DNA from: the human T2T-CHM13v2.0 reference genome, Homo sapiens
Reading direction: 5' to 3' (one strand)
DNA length: 64,000 nt
Assembly: GCF_009914755.1 (NCBI RefSeq)
Contig: NC_060927.1
The notes beneath the pieces were generated by a model that was given only the letters and a program-made list of their open reading frames with translations, made no database searches and was not told the origin of the DNA. The position numbers and the translations under genes are program-made. Shown in pieces: positions 42,557-54,878 of the stretch; position 1 is the first letter of the stretch, and the number at the start of each line of letters is the position of its first letter.

Positions 42557-43089
42557 GCCTTCAGCATGTATCCTGCGTTTTCATTAAGGACTGAAGAGAT
42601 ACAAAAGCTGATGGCCAGATTTGGTAAGGGTCACTTATTTAAGTTCACACACAGCAACCAACATTGTTCTGCCAACTCATTGGTCATTAAAAACATAGGC
42701 TTTGGATTTGAAAGGCATGAGAATGAGGTCTGAACAGTAACCCCAAAGAGCTCTAATTAGCTTATTATATTTGAAAGGTTCAGGAGTTGGAGGCTTCAAG
42801 ATGGCTTTGAGATTGTATAGGGCTGTGTTTAGGCCTCAGAGTTTAATTCTTGGAGGAGGAAAAGCTCACAATGGTTGGTTTTGCTCTCCTAATTGGGGTA
42901 CCAGACACTACTACTTTGTCAGCCTGAAAATATGAGGCTCAGAGGCAAGAGCTAACACAGAGTAAGTGAGCAAAAGCCATTCAGCCTATGATAAAAATGA
43001 TAAAGATTTTAAATTCCGGAATTGGAGATGGTTTTCCAGTAACACAATTTCTCCTGTAGGAAAAATACCTGGAGCATCCTATTTAGTGA

Positions 43090-43396
<307 letters not shown>

Positions 43397-43941
43397 TATT
43401 TAGTGATGTTTTAAGGGTAACCAGGATTTGTTTTGATTACGTATGGTAAGACACACAGACATGGTTGTCATGACGAAAAAATTTGTTATACTCACAGATT
43501 CCTAGAAACAGGAGGCATGGCATGCCACGTAGGGGCTCACATGGGGAAGCACTGAGGTTCCTCACATGGGGAAGCACCGAGGTTCGTCAGGAGGCAGACG
43601 GAGGGAGGGGAAAACATGGCCTCTGGAGGAGAGGAGCTGTCTTGAGTTATCTGGTACCTGGCTGTGATAATTAATTTTATGTGTCAACCTGGCTGGGCCA
43701 TGGTGCTCAAATAGTTGGTCAAACATTATTCTGGGTACTTTCATGAAGGTGTTTTTTGCATGAAGTTAACATTTAAATTTGTGGACTTTGCATAAAGTAG
43801 ATTACTCTCCAAAATGTGGGTGGTCCTCATCCAATCATTTGAAGGTCTTAAGCATAAAGACTGACCTCTCCTGAGCAAGGAGGAATTATGATAGCAGACT
43901 ACCTTTGGACTTGAACTGCAACTCTTCCCTGGGTCTGCTGC

Positions 43942-44334
43942 TGATATGGTTTGTCTCTGTGTCCCCACCCAAATCTCATCTCAAATTGTAATCTTCAGAT
44001 GTCGAGGGAGGGACCTGGTGGGAGGTGATTGTATCATTGGGATGGTTTCCCCCATGTTGTTCTCATGATAGTGAGTGACTTCTTATGAGAGCTGATGGTT
44101 TTAAAAGTGTTTGGCAGTTACCTCTTCACTCTTCTCCTCTCTCCTGCCGCCATGTAAGACGTGCCTTGCTTTCCCTTTGCCTTCCGCCATGATTGTAAGT
44201 TTCCTCAGGCCTCTCCAGCCATGTGGAGCTGTAAGTCAATTAAACCTCTTTTGTTTATATTTTATAAATTATTGTTTATAAATTACCCATTCTCAGGTGG
44301 TATCTTTATAACCGTGTGGAAATGGACTAATATA
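43942..44334 (+). mobile_element. MST (MSTA/MSTB) MaLR solo LTR
   Basis: tgatatggtttgtctctgtgtccccacccaaatctcatc...aatggactaatata. Confidence 0.92.
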
Positions 44335-44424
44335 CCTGTCTGCTGGCCTACCCTGCAGATTTTGGATTTATCAAGCCACCGCAATCACATGAACCATTCT
44401 GTTTTTAAAAAACTCTCCCTATAT

Positions 44425-44763
44425 AACACAATCCCCAACTTACAATGGTTCCAAGTACAATTTTTCAACTTTACGATGGCACAAAAGTGATAGGCATTTT
44501 AGAAACCATACTTAACGTACTCACGCAACCATTCTGTTTTTCACTTTCAGTACAATAGTCAATAAATTATGTGAGATATTCCACACTTTGTGTTAGGTTA
44601 TTTTGCCCAGTTGTAGGTGAATGTAAGTGTTCTGTTTAAAGTAGGGTAGAGTAAGCTATGATGTTCAGTAGGTTAGGTATATTAAATGAATTTTTGACAT
44701 GATATTTTCAACTTATGATGTGTTTATTGAGACATAACTCCACAGTAAGTCAAGCAGCATCTG
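44425..44763 (-). mobile_element. MER47A (TcMar-Tigger MITE)
   Basis: ccaacttacaatggtt...cattctgtttttcactttcagtac...gtaagtcaagcagcatctg|ta. Confidence 0.85.
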
Positions 44764-45639
44764 TATTTGTCTATCCTCTTGGTTATGTTTCTGGAGAACT
44801 CTGACTAATACACTGGCCCTAGAGTGTTTAGGACAGATGGATAGGGGTGTGCAGTGAGAAAGATCAATACAGGAAGTGGTTGGGTGTGGCTCTGGAATGG
44901 TTAGTTTACATTTGGAAAGCGTGCTCCTGGGCAAGTTATTTATTATCTCTAGGAATTGGCTAATCTTGTGAGCTGTAGTCCTTCCAGAGAGAGCAAGACA
45001 CCAGATGTCATAGCATCAAAACAGAAAATAAGGAGATGTGGTTAATACAAGTTCAAAAGGGGGAAGCTATGGACACTTACAAAATAGATTGGTGCCATTC
45101 ATATCTTCAAACAGAAATACTTTAGTAGATATGTCTGAGAAGCTTATTTGTGTGCCAAGATAAACAGCGTCCCTGCTCTCAACACATTTACATTAGAATT
45201 GAATGAGTGCCTGGAAATAAGCAACTGGCATTTTCAAGTCCAGAAAGCCTACTAAAAGAGTGGCAAAAAATAACGTGTCTGACTGTGTGCTGAGGCCAGT
45301 AACTGATGTGGAGAGGGAGGCTTGGCTAGGGGAATATAAATTCCAGGGAATTCAGAGCAGACCTGGTGGGGTCAAGAGTAATATCGAGTTACTCCTTCAG
45401 AATCAAGGTCACTCTGACTGAGACTGACTTTTAAATGAGCAAGAAGAATGCAGCACAGAAGATACTATTGCAGAAGAGCTACCAGAAGTGTTGCCAGGTT
45501 GTAATTCTAGGAGTGGATCAGTTGGGTTAGAGACTGCACCAGCTATTGGAAAAGTAAACACTTCTGAAAAACACTGCCTTTTAATTAATTTATCTACAGA
45601 TCCTGTGATCTTGCTCTTATATTGCTTCGTCTAATTTCC

Positions 45640-46070
45640 TGTGGTAGACATGGCTAGCCATTTACCAAATTAGTTTTTTCAGGCAATTAATTTTCCTGGG
45701 CAGAGTTAGATCACATTTTCCAGACTCTTTTGCAGGTTAAGTGTGGCCATAGGACTGAGTGGATGGAATGTGAGCATAGGTGATAGGTATCGTTTCTAAG
45801 CTAAGGCTTTTAAAAAAGAGGAAAGCCTCCTCCATGCTTTTATGGTTAACTGGGATGGCAATCCCCAGGATGATCTTGCCAATCATAGGCTGAAGTTGGC
45901 AGATGCATTGTCGGCATGAACCCTTGGATAACTGCGTGGAGGAAAGTTGACCTGCAGATCAGGAACACCTATCTTGGACTATTAGGTGAAAACAGACAAA
46001 CTTCTATTGTTTTAGAGCCATATTCATGTTAGGTCTATTTGTCATCATGACTTTAACTAGCGTAAGTATA
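45640..46070 (+). mobile_element. MLT1 (I/J-like) LTR
   Basis: tgtggtagac...tttgcaggttaagtgtggccataggactgag...aaacttctattgttttagagcca. Confidence 0.75.
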
Positions 46071-46079
46071 AATAAAGAT

Positions 46080-46562
46080 GTTTTTCTCTGCTTATAGAGG
46101 GCAAAGAGACCATTTCCCCCTTCTCTCTTAAAATGGTTTCTTGGAGCCATAATAAATCTGAGCTTTTATTCTAACCTTTGTAATAAAGATAAATCTTTTT
46201 AGATATTAAGCCTAATCTTTAGGTTCTACAATATAGAGATATTTCTAAGGTCATGAGATAGCTCTTTATGTAAGAGTGTACCCCTGGAATTAGGTCAGAA
46301 GCATCTCAGGAGGTGAGCGGAAATTGTCACACACTTTAGCATCTTCGTCTCTTGAGGAAATAAGGGAAGTTTTAATTGCTCTTTCTACTACCTTACTGTA
46401 GAAATTTGTGCGAAATTCTGTCCAGACTTTGTAGTCACATTTTTATGACCTCACATGTGTATAAATCCTCTAATGCTTCCCAGTAATAGTGTTCTATTTC
46501 TTTCTTCAATATTGGTGTGGAAGAGTCTTTTTGTTGGCATGATTATTTTATGTCCCCCAACA
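46080..46562. mobile_element. Probable old LTR, family not recognised
   Basis: Lies between the MLT1 LTR and its internal sequence; ends ...ccccaaca. Confidence 0.35.
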
Positions 46563-46569
46563 ACTGACT

Positions 46570-47700
46570 AGAAATTGACATCAGAAGTAGGGCTCTACTT
46601 TAACAAAAAATGAAAATATGTGGGTTCTGCTTAGTGGTCAAGCATCTGCTGAGGAGTAAACAAATATTCAGAGGCTAGAAAGATGAGAACCCATGGCATA
46701 AAGTGGCAAAAAATTTTGGTAATATTGTCACTTTCAGTAACTTGGAACTCAAAACAAGTGCCTTCTAAATCTTTAGTTCTAGGGGAATAGGTAAGAAAAA
46801 CCCAGTGCATCTGTGTGTGCATTGGGTGTGTTAGTGTATTAGCAAGGTATTGTAAAGAGGAAATAAGTACCTATAAGGATTGGCTGATTTAAAAGCATAA
46901 ATAAAAGGTGTTAGCAATCTAGAAATTTGGATCTGAAAAGCCAACTGCTTCTGGAATCCAAACAGCAAGACATATAAACACTTTGAACAAGAAAAGGTCT
47001 ATAAGGACTTACGAAGAAACTCAATACTGTAGCATAGATCAAGTTAAGAATGTTCTCTTCCTGCCCAAGCCTTTTGTTTTAGATATACTTCGGTATGCTC
47101 TAAGTTTAGAGAGTTCAGCATGGGGGTAAGGAAGCAAATACAGAGGCCTGAGCACTCTATCTAGAGAATAACTTTGGGTATGGTAATTCGCACATGGAAT
47201 TGACTGGGAGTAAATAGATCAGAAGCCCATTATATTTTTGAAGGAAATGCATTGCTAAAAGAAACAACAAGCCTGCACTTTAAAAGTCTTGACTGTGAAA
47301 ACTTTTGAGCCTCCAGCTTCCCAAATGGGAGAGTTAGGGGCCATAGAAAACAATAGCCTAGGGAATTCCTCCCAGAAATTGAGTCCAAGGTTTGTTACAA
47401 ATTTTCTCCATGATAGAACAAGAGTCCTTTATAAGACCCATCCATCAGTATTCCATCCTTGCATAGACCAGTGAGTCCTGTTTCCCCTACTTTCTTATCC
47501 TGAAGGGGAACCTTTCTTTGGATGCTGTGCCTTGGTCCATTCCTGTGTGGTGGGATAGGAGGTAGAGTGGCAGAAATTTGTCTTTTCTGCACTGTCAAAC
47601 TGCAAGTTGCCATAGCCAGAAGGGATGGAAAGAAATATATATCACCAAGAGATCTTGGTGCTGAATTGCATTCAATTATCCTTTTTCTCTTCTCCAAGAG
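46570..47700 (+). mobile_element. MLT1-int (MaLR internal sequence)
   Basis: gaaattgacatcagaagtaggg...aaagtggcaaaaaattttggtaatattgtcac resembles the MaLR internal 5' end. Confidence 0.6.
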
Positions 47701-49279
47701 TGTTCGGCTTTTCAAGACTTTCAGAAATTGATTTTTTTTTTCTTTGAGACAGAGATAGACTTCAAGTTTGGAACAAAAGACTGAGCTATAACTGGGCTAC
47801 ACACATATCACATTAATTTGGCTAAATAAGTACAACATGGGAATGACACCACTAGTAAAGCAGTCTTTTCAAATGACCTTTATGCTTCCATTTTTTATAT
47901 TTAGGTTTTGACCCCAAGTCCTGACAGTAATGTATTTATTTTATTCACTTTCTGCTTCTATGAAGGAGTCTAGTTTACTGAGTATATGCATAGGTTACTA
48001 TTATTTATTTTTTACTATAGGGTGTTTGTCGTGAGCTATAAAGCCAAAAAAAGCTACAGTGTCCTTGCAGAAAATGTGTGCTTTGCTTCTTACACTATGG
48101 GTGTGGGGTGACCCACAGTTGCACTGGCTTAATCATGCCTGCACCTGGCAATCAATCACTCTTCTGGAAACTGCATCCCATTAGGCATCAGCACAAAAAG
48201 CACTCTTGCCAAGTAGAAACAGGGCAGAAAATGCAATTCTGGTCTCTGACAGTGATTGAACATAGACTATGCCAAATCTCTGCCTGATGTCCCTAAATAC
48301 AAAACATGCAGGGAAAAGCTGATGAATGAGTGGCTCATACTTCCTTCAGATCAAAGCTGCCATGCTCTTTTCATTATACAGTTTATCCATAGCAAGTAGA
48401 TAGGACACATAGCTAATGCTCTATGTTCCCCAGAAGAGGTATAATGTGATAAGAGAGGTATACTCCAAGGACACAGTTAAATAATAAAGAACTGGGACCT
48501 GAATACGCCCATCCATGTACTAGAATTTTCTAAGAGTAGAAACAGCCTGCAAATTTAATGCTCTCCTTCTCCACTTAATCCCTCAACTGCCTACCTCATT
48601 GTATCTCCTCCCCAAAAGAGTACACTTCAGCCCTGGTACAGTCTATAGATCCCTCCTGGAATCAAAATCACAGAATGTTGGCATAGGAAAGCCCCATGAG
48701 TAATTTTGCTTCATCTTTTTTTTTTAGGACTGGAAAACTAAGCCCAAGAGTGATGAAGCAATTTAAGCCCGAGAGTGATGAAGCAAACAGTCAGTAAGTG
48801 GTAGATTCTGGAATGAAACGCTAGGATCCCATCTCCTGGTCTAAAGCTTTCCTTCTATTTACAGAATCATTTTCCATTTACATTCAGATTCCTGAATGTT
48901 GGCAGCACTTTGTCAACTGAATCAAGGAGATACTGAACTATAATTCCAAGTTTTAATGGTGCTGAAAGGACACATAAGAGACTACCTCAGTGCTCTGTTT
49001 AAAGAGAAATTAATAATGCTTCCTATTTTATGAATTGCATCATTTATACACATAGATCTTCAAACAAAGGTTTGTTGCTTGATAATCTGAAGTGAGAAGT
49101 ATTGACTTATCAAGAGAAATAATTTATACTAGGGAGAGAAAAGTTAGCAATTGTAGAGCTACATGCAAATAACAAAATAACTATTACCATTGATAATTAT
49201 TCAATTCATTAGTTAATTTATTCTTCACTCATTTCATATGTTTATATGCAGTGCCTGTGATGCCTGCAAGATATTATGC

Positions 49280-49360
49280 TAAGGTTCCTGGGAAACACAA
49301 AGGTAGGTAAAGGTAGGTAAAGGTGGGTAAGGTTCCTGGGAAACACAAAGGTAGGTAAAG
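49280..49360. repeat. Direct repeat 2 x 33 bp with 15-bp spacer, inside an antisense L2 fragment (~49200-49420)
   Basis: taaggttcctgggaaacacaaaggtaggtaaag identical at 49280 and 49328. Confidence 0.9.
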
Positions 49361-49514
49361 CCACTTCTGCCCTCAACAAGCTAGCTCCTAGTTTTTTAAG
49401 AACTAAGTGATGGATATTCAGCAGGGAATTTTGATTCAGTAGGAGGGGACAGCACTCAGTCACTTCTGGAGAAAAGGGTTAGGTGGCACATTTTCCCTCT
49501 GTACTCGTTTTGTA

Positions 49515-50250
49515 AAAACAGCTTTACTGAGGTTTGACTGACACACAATAAACCACATACAATGAAAGAGACAATTTGATAAGTTCTGACATATGTAGAC
49601 ACCCCATGATCACTGTCAAGATGATGAACATACCCATCACCCCACAGAATTGCTAGTACCTTCAGTAATCCCTCCCTCTTGCTCCTCTTGGGCTCCACTG
49701 CCCAATCCCTAGGAAAACAGTGACCTGCTTTCTGTCACTATAGATTGGGTTGCATTTTCATTATTTTATATAAATGGAATCATACTATATGTACTATTTT
49801 TTTGCTTGGCTTTTTTTCACTCAGCGTCATTATTTTGAGGTCCATATACATTGTTTTGTATCAATAGTTTGTTTATTTTTATTGCAAAGTAATAGTCTGC
49901 TAAATATATACCAGAACTTGTTTATCCATTCATCTGTTGTGGGAAATTTGGGGTTATTTCCAGTTTTTGATTATTACAAATAAAGGTATAAATATTCATA
50001 TATTTATGAAGTCTTTATTTACATGGACATATGGAAATGATACATGCTTTCATTTATCTTGAGTAAATACTAGGGGGTGGAATGGCTGGGTCATATGGCA
50101 GCTGTATGATTAGCTTTTTAAGAAACTGACAAACTGTTTCCAGAATGGCTGTACCATTTTTTAATTCTCATCAGCAATGTATGAGAATTCTAGTTGTTCC
50201 ACACCTTTCCAAAAACTGGTATGGTCAGTCTTTTTGGTCAGTCTTTTTTC
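49515..50250 (-). mobile_element. L1MC/MD 3' end
   Basis: aacagctttactgagg...ctgctttctgtcactatagatt...gcaatgtatgagaattctagttg. Confidence 0.85.
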
Positions 50251-51061
50251 ACTTCAGTTATTCCAAAAGTTTTCATTCATATGTACACATTTATACCCAC
50301 TGACAAACAGAGAGGATGGTAGCCACTTTGGAAAAAACCTGAATCTCATCTGCCATTTGCATTTAGACAGATATGCCTGATACTCTGCAGAGAGAGAGAC
50401 AAAGTGACTCATTGAAAATAATTTATCACAGAGAAAGGAATCTTCACAGGGAGCCATCCTTAGTAACAGAGCCAGAGGAAAATGCAAGTCCTGAGAACCA
50501 CGTGGTTGAGAAAACAGACTCATCTTGCTCCAGTTTTGTGGATGTAAACAGGGGAGAGAGTTGTTACATCCCAGAAGCCTGAAGTCTTAGCATGTGCAGG
50601 CAATCTTGTTGAGGATCTCTTATCTGCCCAAGTATCACACAGTAGGTGTGTTGTCTCTTTTACATAAGAGTGATAGCAGACATCTCTGTGGTTAGGTTGT
50701 TCCCATTCTACCGACATTGAATGTAGCCACTTTCCAGCTCCGCCAGGTCCCAGGTGATGGCAGTGCTGCTGGTGTGTCGCAGAGTTCCAACTCTAAGTGA
50801 CACCACTGAGGAAGTGTTGAGGCTCAGGCTGATTGAGAGGGTGATGTTTAATCAGGACTTCATTATGGAAACATAAAAACAGTTTTGAGGATAATTTAGA
50901 AGGAACTGTGATTTTCCTTTGATATTTCTAAAACAATCAGGAAGAGGGTCACAGTCAATGATATTTGGCAGAACAGATGGGACTACATCTATACTCGCTG
51001 GAGGTAACATACACTTGTAGCCATGAAGCCAGGTAGCATTTAAAAGGGCTGTAAGAGGTGG

Positions 51062-51460
51062 ATAATGATAGCAGACATTTATTGAAAACTTAATGATATG
51101 CCAGGTGGTATTCAGAGTGCTTTAAAGGGAGGAACTCATTTAATCTCATAACCCAGGACATTTTATGTTGGGCTGCAAACCTAACATAAAACTGGCTGCA
51201 AAACAAAATAAGCTAAAGTGTACTCATAGAAAATGTGCATTTTTCTTCTTAAACTGTGAGGGTATGGTGACACACAGATGCATTTTCTTTATCATGGCTG
51301 TACCTATGACCTACTATCAACATTATTATCTCCATTTTTCAGGTGAGGAAACAGACTCATAAGCTTAAGTGAATTGCCCAAGGTCACATAGCTAAGAAAC
51401 GGCAAGTCAAGTTTAGAATCAAGGCAGCCTGGCTCCAGAAACCATGTTCTCAATTGCTCT
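51062..51460 (-). mobile_element. MIR (split by an insertion)
   Basis: ccatttttcaggtgaggaaacagactc...aattgcccaaggtcacatagct. Confidence 0.8.
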
Positions 51461-51849
51461 GCAGTTTTGACCTTAGCAAGAAATGCAAAATACTCTAGAA
51501 TTCAGAGAAATGTCACATTATTTTTCAGTGAGGGAATAGGAAGGGATTCATGCAAGATATAATATTTTAAATGATACCTTGAAAGAATTATGAAAGCAGA
51601 GAACTATAGGTTTGGAAAGATCAGGACAGAATGAAGAGCATTCTTTCTGACACATTGACTATACTAATCATTGTGGATACATTTTCATTCCCTGTAAATT
51701 GTCCATAATTAGTGGAGGCAAAGGATATCAAATATAACTTGACGGGCTTATTAAAGGATACATATGGTTTATTAACTTTTAAATAACATATTTGAGTGTT
51801 ATCTCCTGTCTTCTGGCCACCATTTCTTTCAGTATAGCAAGATGGGTGG

Positions 51850-52598
51850 GGGAAGCATGTGCTAGGAATTAGAAATGGGCTGGTCCAATTCCTAGCTCCA
51901 CTGCTTTTTGGCTGAGTGATCTTGGGAAACTTGCTGAACCTGTTGTCAGAACTGTGAAGAGTCTCATATATTTCATTCTACTTGCAAGCTAACAAGTTAA
52001 CTGCCACAGTTTCATGGATATTGGCAGAAGACATGAGACTCTTGAGTCAGAAACAATGGACTTTATTACTCATGGCAACGTCGGTAGCCAAAATATCAGC
52101 ATTTGTGCCAGTTCCCTGAGCCCCAATTCTTACAGGATGATGCAAACAAGGCAGGAGATATCATCACGTGCAGTGGATTGTGTTATAGGAGAGGACTCCC
52201 TGGTCTAGGGAACCCAGATCTTTTGTAATGGACAGTCAGCCTGCCTGAACTTTGCCTTGAAGGAAGACATTATCTTTATTATACTGGACAATAAACAAAC
52301 CTGCTTTTGCCCTGAAAGAAGACACTATGCTTATTTTCCCAGTCTGTTTGCTATACGTGTATTCTTGAGAAGATAGTCCGGAAAAAGGGTAACCTCTGCT
52401 CACAAAACATAGAGAAACCTGAGAGTCCTGTGGAAAATTGTCCCTCAACACCTCTATCTGCAGTTTATTCACCTGTGAAAGAGGAATAATGATAATTATT
52501 CACTGGCTTGCTGTGAGAATTTAATGAGATTCTATTTGGAAAGAATTTAGAAGGGCATCTGCCACATTTCAAGCATCCAGTAAATGTTAGTTATTGTC
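51850..52598 (+). mobile_element. MIR interrupted by LTR40
   Basis: gctgagtgatcttgggaaacttgctgaacc | cctctatctgcagtttattcacctgtgaaa. Confidence 0.7.
51941..52450 (-). mobile_element. LTR40-family (ERVL) solo LTR
   Basis: ctacttgcaagctaacaagtta...ggcagaagacatgagactc...gaaaattgtccctcaaca; TG..CA ends. Confidence 0.85.
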
Positions 52599-52822
52599 GT
52601 TCTTTTTAAAAATTGTGCTAAAATACATATAACATGAAATTTACCATTTTAGCCTTTTTAAATTGTAGAGGTCAGTGGTATTAAATACATTCACATTGTT
52701 GTGCGACCATCAGCACCATCCATCTCCAGAAAGTTTTCATCTTCACCAGCTGCAACATTGTACCCATTAAATACCAACTCCCCATTCCTAACTTGCCCTA
52801 AAGGGAATCCAAAGGATTCTTT

Positions 52823-52983
52823 AGTCCAAGAATCTAAAGGCCAACGAAACTGCAGTCTGATGTCCAAGGGCAGGAAGCATCCAGCATGGGAAAAAGATGA
52901 AAACCAGAAGACTCAGCAAGCCAGCTTGTTACACCTTCTTCCACCTGCCTTTTCTAGCCACACAGCTGATTGGATGGTGCCCC
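52823..52983 (-). mobile_element. Internal MLT2 LTR fragment (apparent local copy of the LTR at 54055-54878)
   Basis: About 92% identical by eye to 54588-54710; no LTR termini. Confidence 0.85.
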
Positions 52984-53021
52984 TAACAACCACCATTCTA
53001 CTCTCTGTCTTTCTTATGTAA

Positions 53022-53363
<342 letters not shown>

Positions 53364-53471
53364 GTGACTAGCTGATTTTACTTAGCATAATGTCCTCCAC
53401 ATTTATCCATGTTGTGGTTTGAGTCAGTAGTTCTTTAATTTTTAAGGCTGAAAAATAATCCATTGTGTGAG

Positions 53472-53732
53472 TATGTGTGTGTGTGTAAATATACACACAC
53501 ATATATAAATATATAAAATCCATATTTATATATGCAAATATATAAATGTGCTAGGAATTAGAGCACATTTATGTATCTATATATTTACATAGCATATAGC
53601 ACAAATATGTATTTATATATTTACATATAAATATGTATTTTATATATTTACATATAAATATGTATTTTATATATTTACATATATAAATATGGATTTTTAT
53701 ATATTTATATGTGTATATATATTTATATATTT
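53472..53732. repeat. AT-rich low-complexity junction with a ~55-bp inverted repeat and ~27-bp tandem units
   Basis: 53491-53546 matches the reverse complement of 53666-53720; tatatatttacatataaatatgtattt repeated. Confidence 0.85.
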
Positions 53733-54054
53733 AAGAGGTTATTTATTTAGACCTCTATCTCTCACCATACATAAAAGTCAAATCTAAATATGTTAAATAC
53801 TTAAATGGAAGGCCTGAAGCTATGAAACTACCAGAAGAAAACGTAGGAAAAAGGCTTTGTGAAACTGGACTGGGCAGATTGTTTTTAATAAGACCTCAAA
53901 AGCATAAGCAACAAGAGCAAAAATAGACAAATGGGATTGTATCAAACTAAAAAGGCTCTGTGCAGCTAAGGAGACCATCAATATAGTGAAGAGACAACTT
54001 ACAGAATGGGAGAAAGTATCTGTAAACTTTGCATTTGACAGAAGGTAAATATCC

Positions 54055-54878
54055 TGCATATTAGGGTTCTCCAGAAGGACAGAACTAATAGGATATATGT
54101 ACATATGAAAGGATATATGTACATATGTACATATGAAAGGATATATGTACATATGTACATATGAAAGGATATATGTACATATGTACATATGAAAGGATAT
54201 ATGTACATATGTACATATGAAAGGATATATGTACATATGTACATATGAAAGGATATATGTACATATGTACATATGAAAGGATATATGTACATATGTACAT
54301 ATGAAAGGATATATGTACATATGTACATATGAAAGGATATATGTACATATGTACATATGAAAGGATATATGTACATATGTACATATGAAAGGAAGTTTAT
54401 TAAGGAGAATTGACTTACACAATCACAAGTTGAAGCCCCACAATAGGCTGTCTGCAAGCTGAGGAGCTAGGAAGCCAGTAGTGGCTCAGTCTGAGTCCCC
54501 AGCTCTCAAAAGTAGGGAAGCCGACAGACAGTGCAGCCTTCAGTCTGTGGCCAAAGGCTGGAGAGCCCCTGGTGAACCACTGGTGTAAGTCCAAGGGTGC
54601 AGGAATCATCCAGCATGGGAAAAAGATGAAAACTGGAAGATTCAGCAAGCCGGCTTATTACACCTTCTTCTACCTGCTTTTTCTAGCCACACAGCTGATT
54701 GGCTGGTGCCCACCCACATTGAGGGTGGGCCTCCCTCTAGTAGTCCACTGACTCAAATGCTAATCTCCTCTGGCAACACCTTCATAGACACAATACTTCG
54801 TGTACAATTGTTTCACCCAGAAACAATACTTTGCATCCTTCAATCCAATCAAGTTGGCACTTAATATTAACCATCACA
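54055..54878 (-). mobile_element. MLT2A/B (HERV-L) solo LTR containing a VNTR
   Basis: ttagggttctccagaaggacagaactaatagga...cttaatattaaccatcaca. Confidence 0.92.
54091..54390. repeat. Minisatellite: one 20-bp unit plus 10 perfect 28-bp units
   Basis: (ggatatatgtacatatgtacatatgaaa)10 at 54111-54390. Confidence 0.98.

Larger units (their letters stand above)
43663..44812 (+). mobile_element. MLT2D-like solo LTR
   Basis: tgtgataattaattttatgtgtcaac...ggagaactctgactaataca; perfect TSD ctggc. Confidence 0.9.
43443..45049 (-). mobile_element. MER74A-like LTR, split by nested MLT2D, MST and MER47A
   Basis: tatactcacagattcctagaaacaggaggc...; resumes at 44818 and ends gttaataca; contains a 2 x 25-bp tandem duplication at 43536-43585. 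Confidence 0.75.

Noticed and set aside
45130-45200. VYLG as the Gypsy RT YLDD motif
   Set aside because: Spacing is about right, but the DNA also resembles an L2 3' fragment (ttgagagcagggac...tggcaca), so I did not count it as evidence
50373-50800. 69-aa ORF MPDTLQRER... and a minus-strand WDLAEL peptide echoing WDMAEL at 14190
   Set aside because: No homolog recognised; the WDLAEL stretch lies in MER5-like DNA (ccagcagcactgccatcacctggga), so the echo is probably coincidental
54091-54390. CRISPR-like regular repeat
   Set aside because: Units are head-to-tail with no unique spacers; eukaryotic context and no cas genes
53820-54457. Long ORFs (200, 152 and 99 aa) with repeating YVHMYIYPFICT
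   Set aside because: Translation of the 28-bp minisatellite inside an LTR, not a gene
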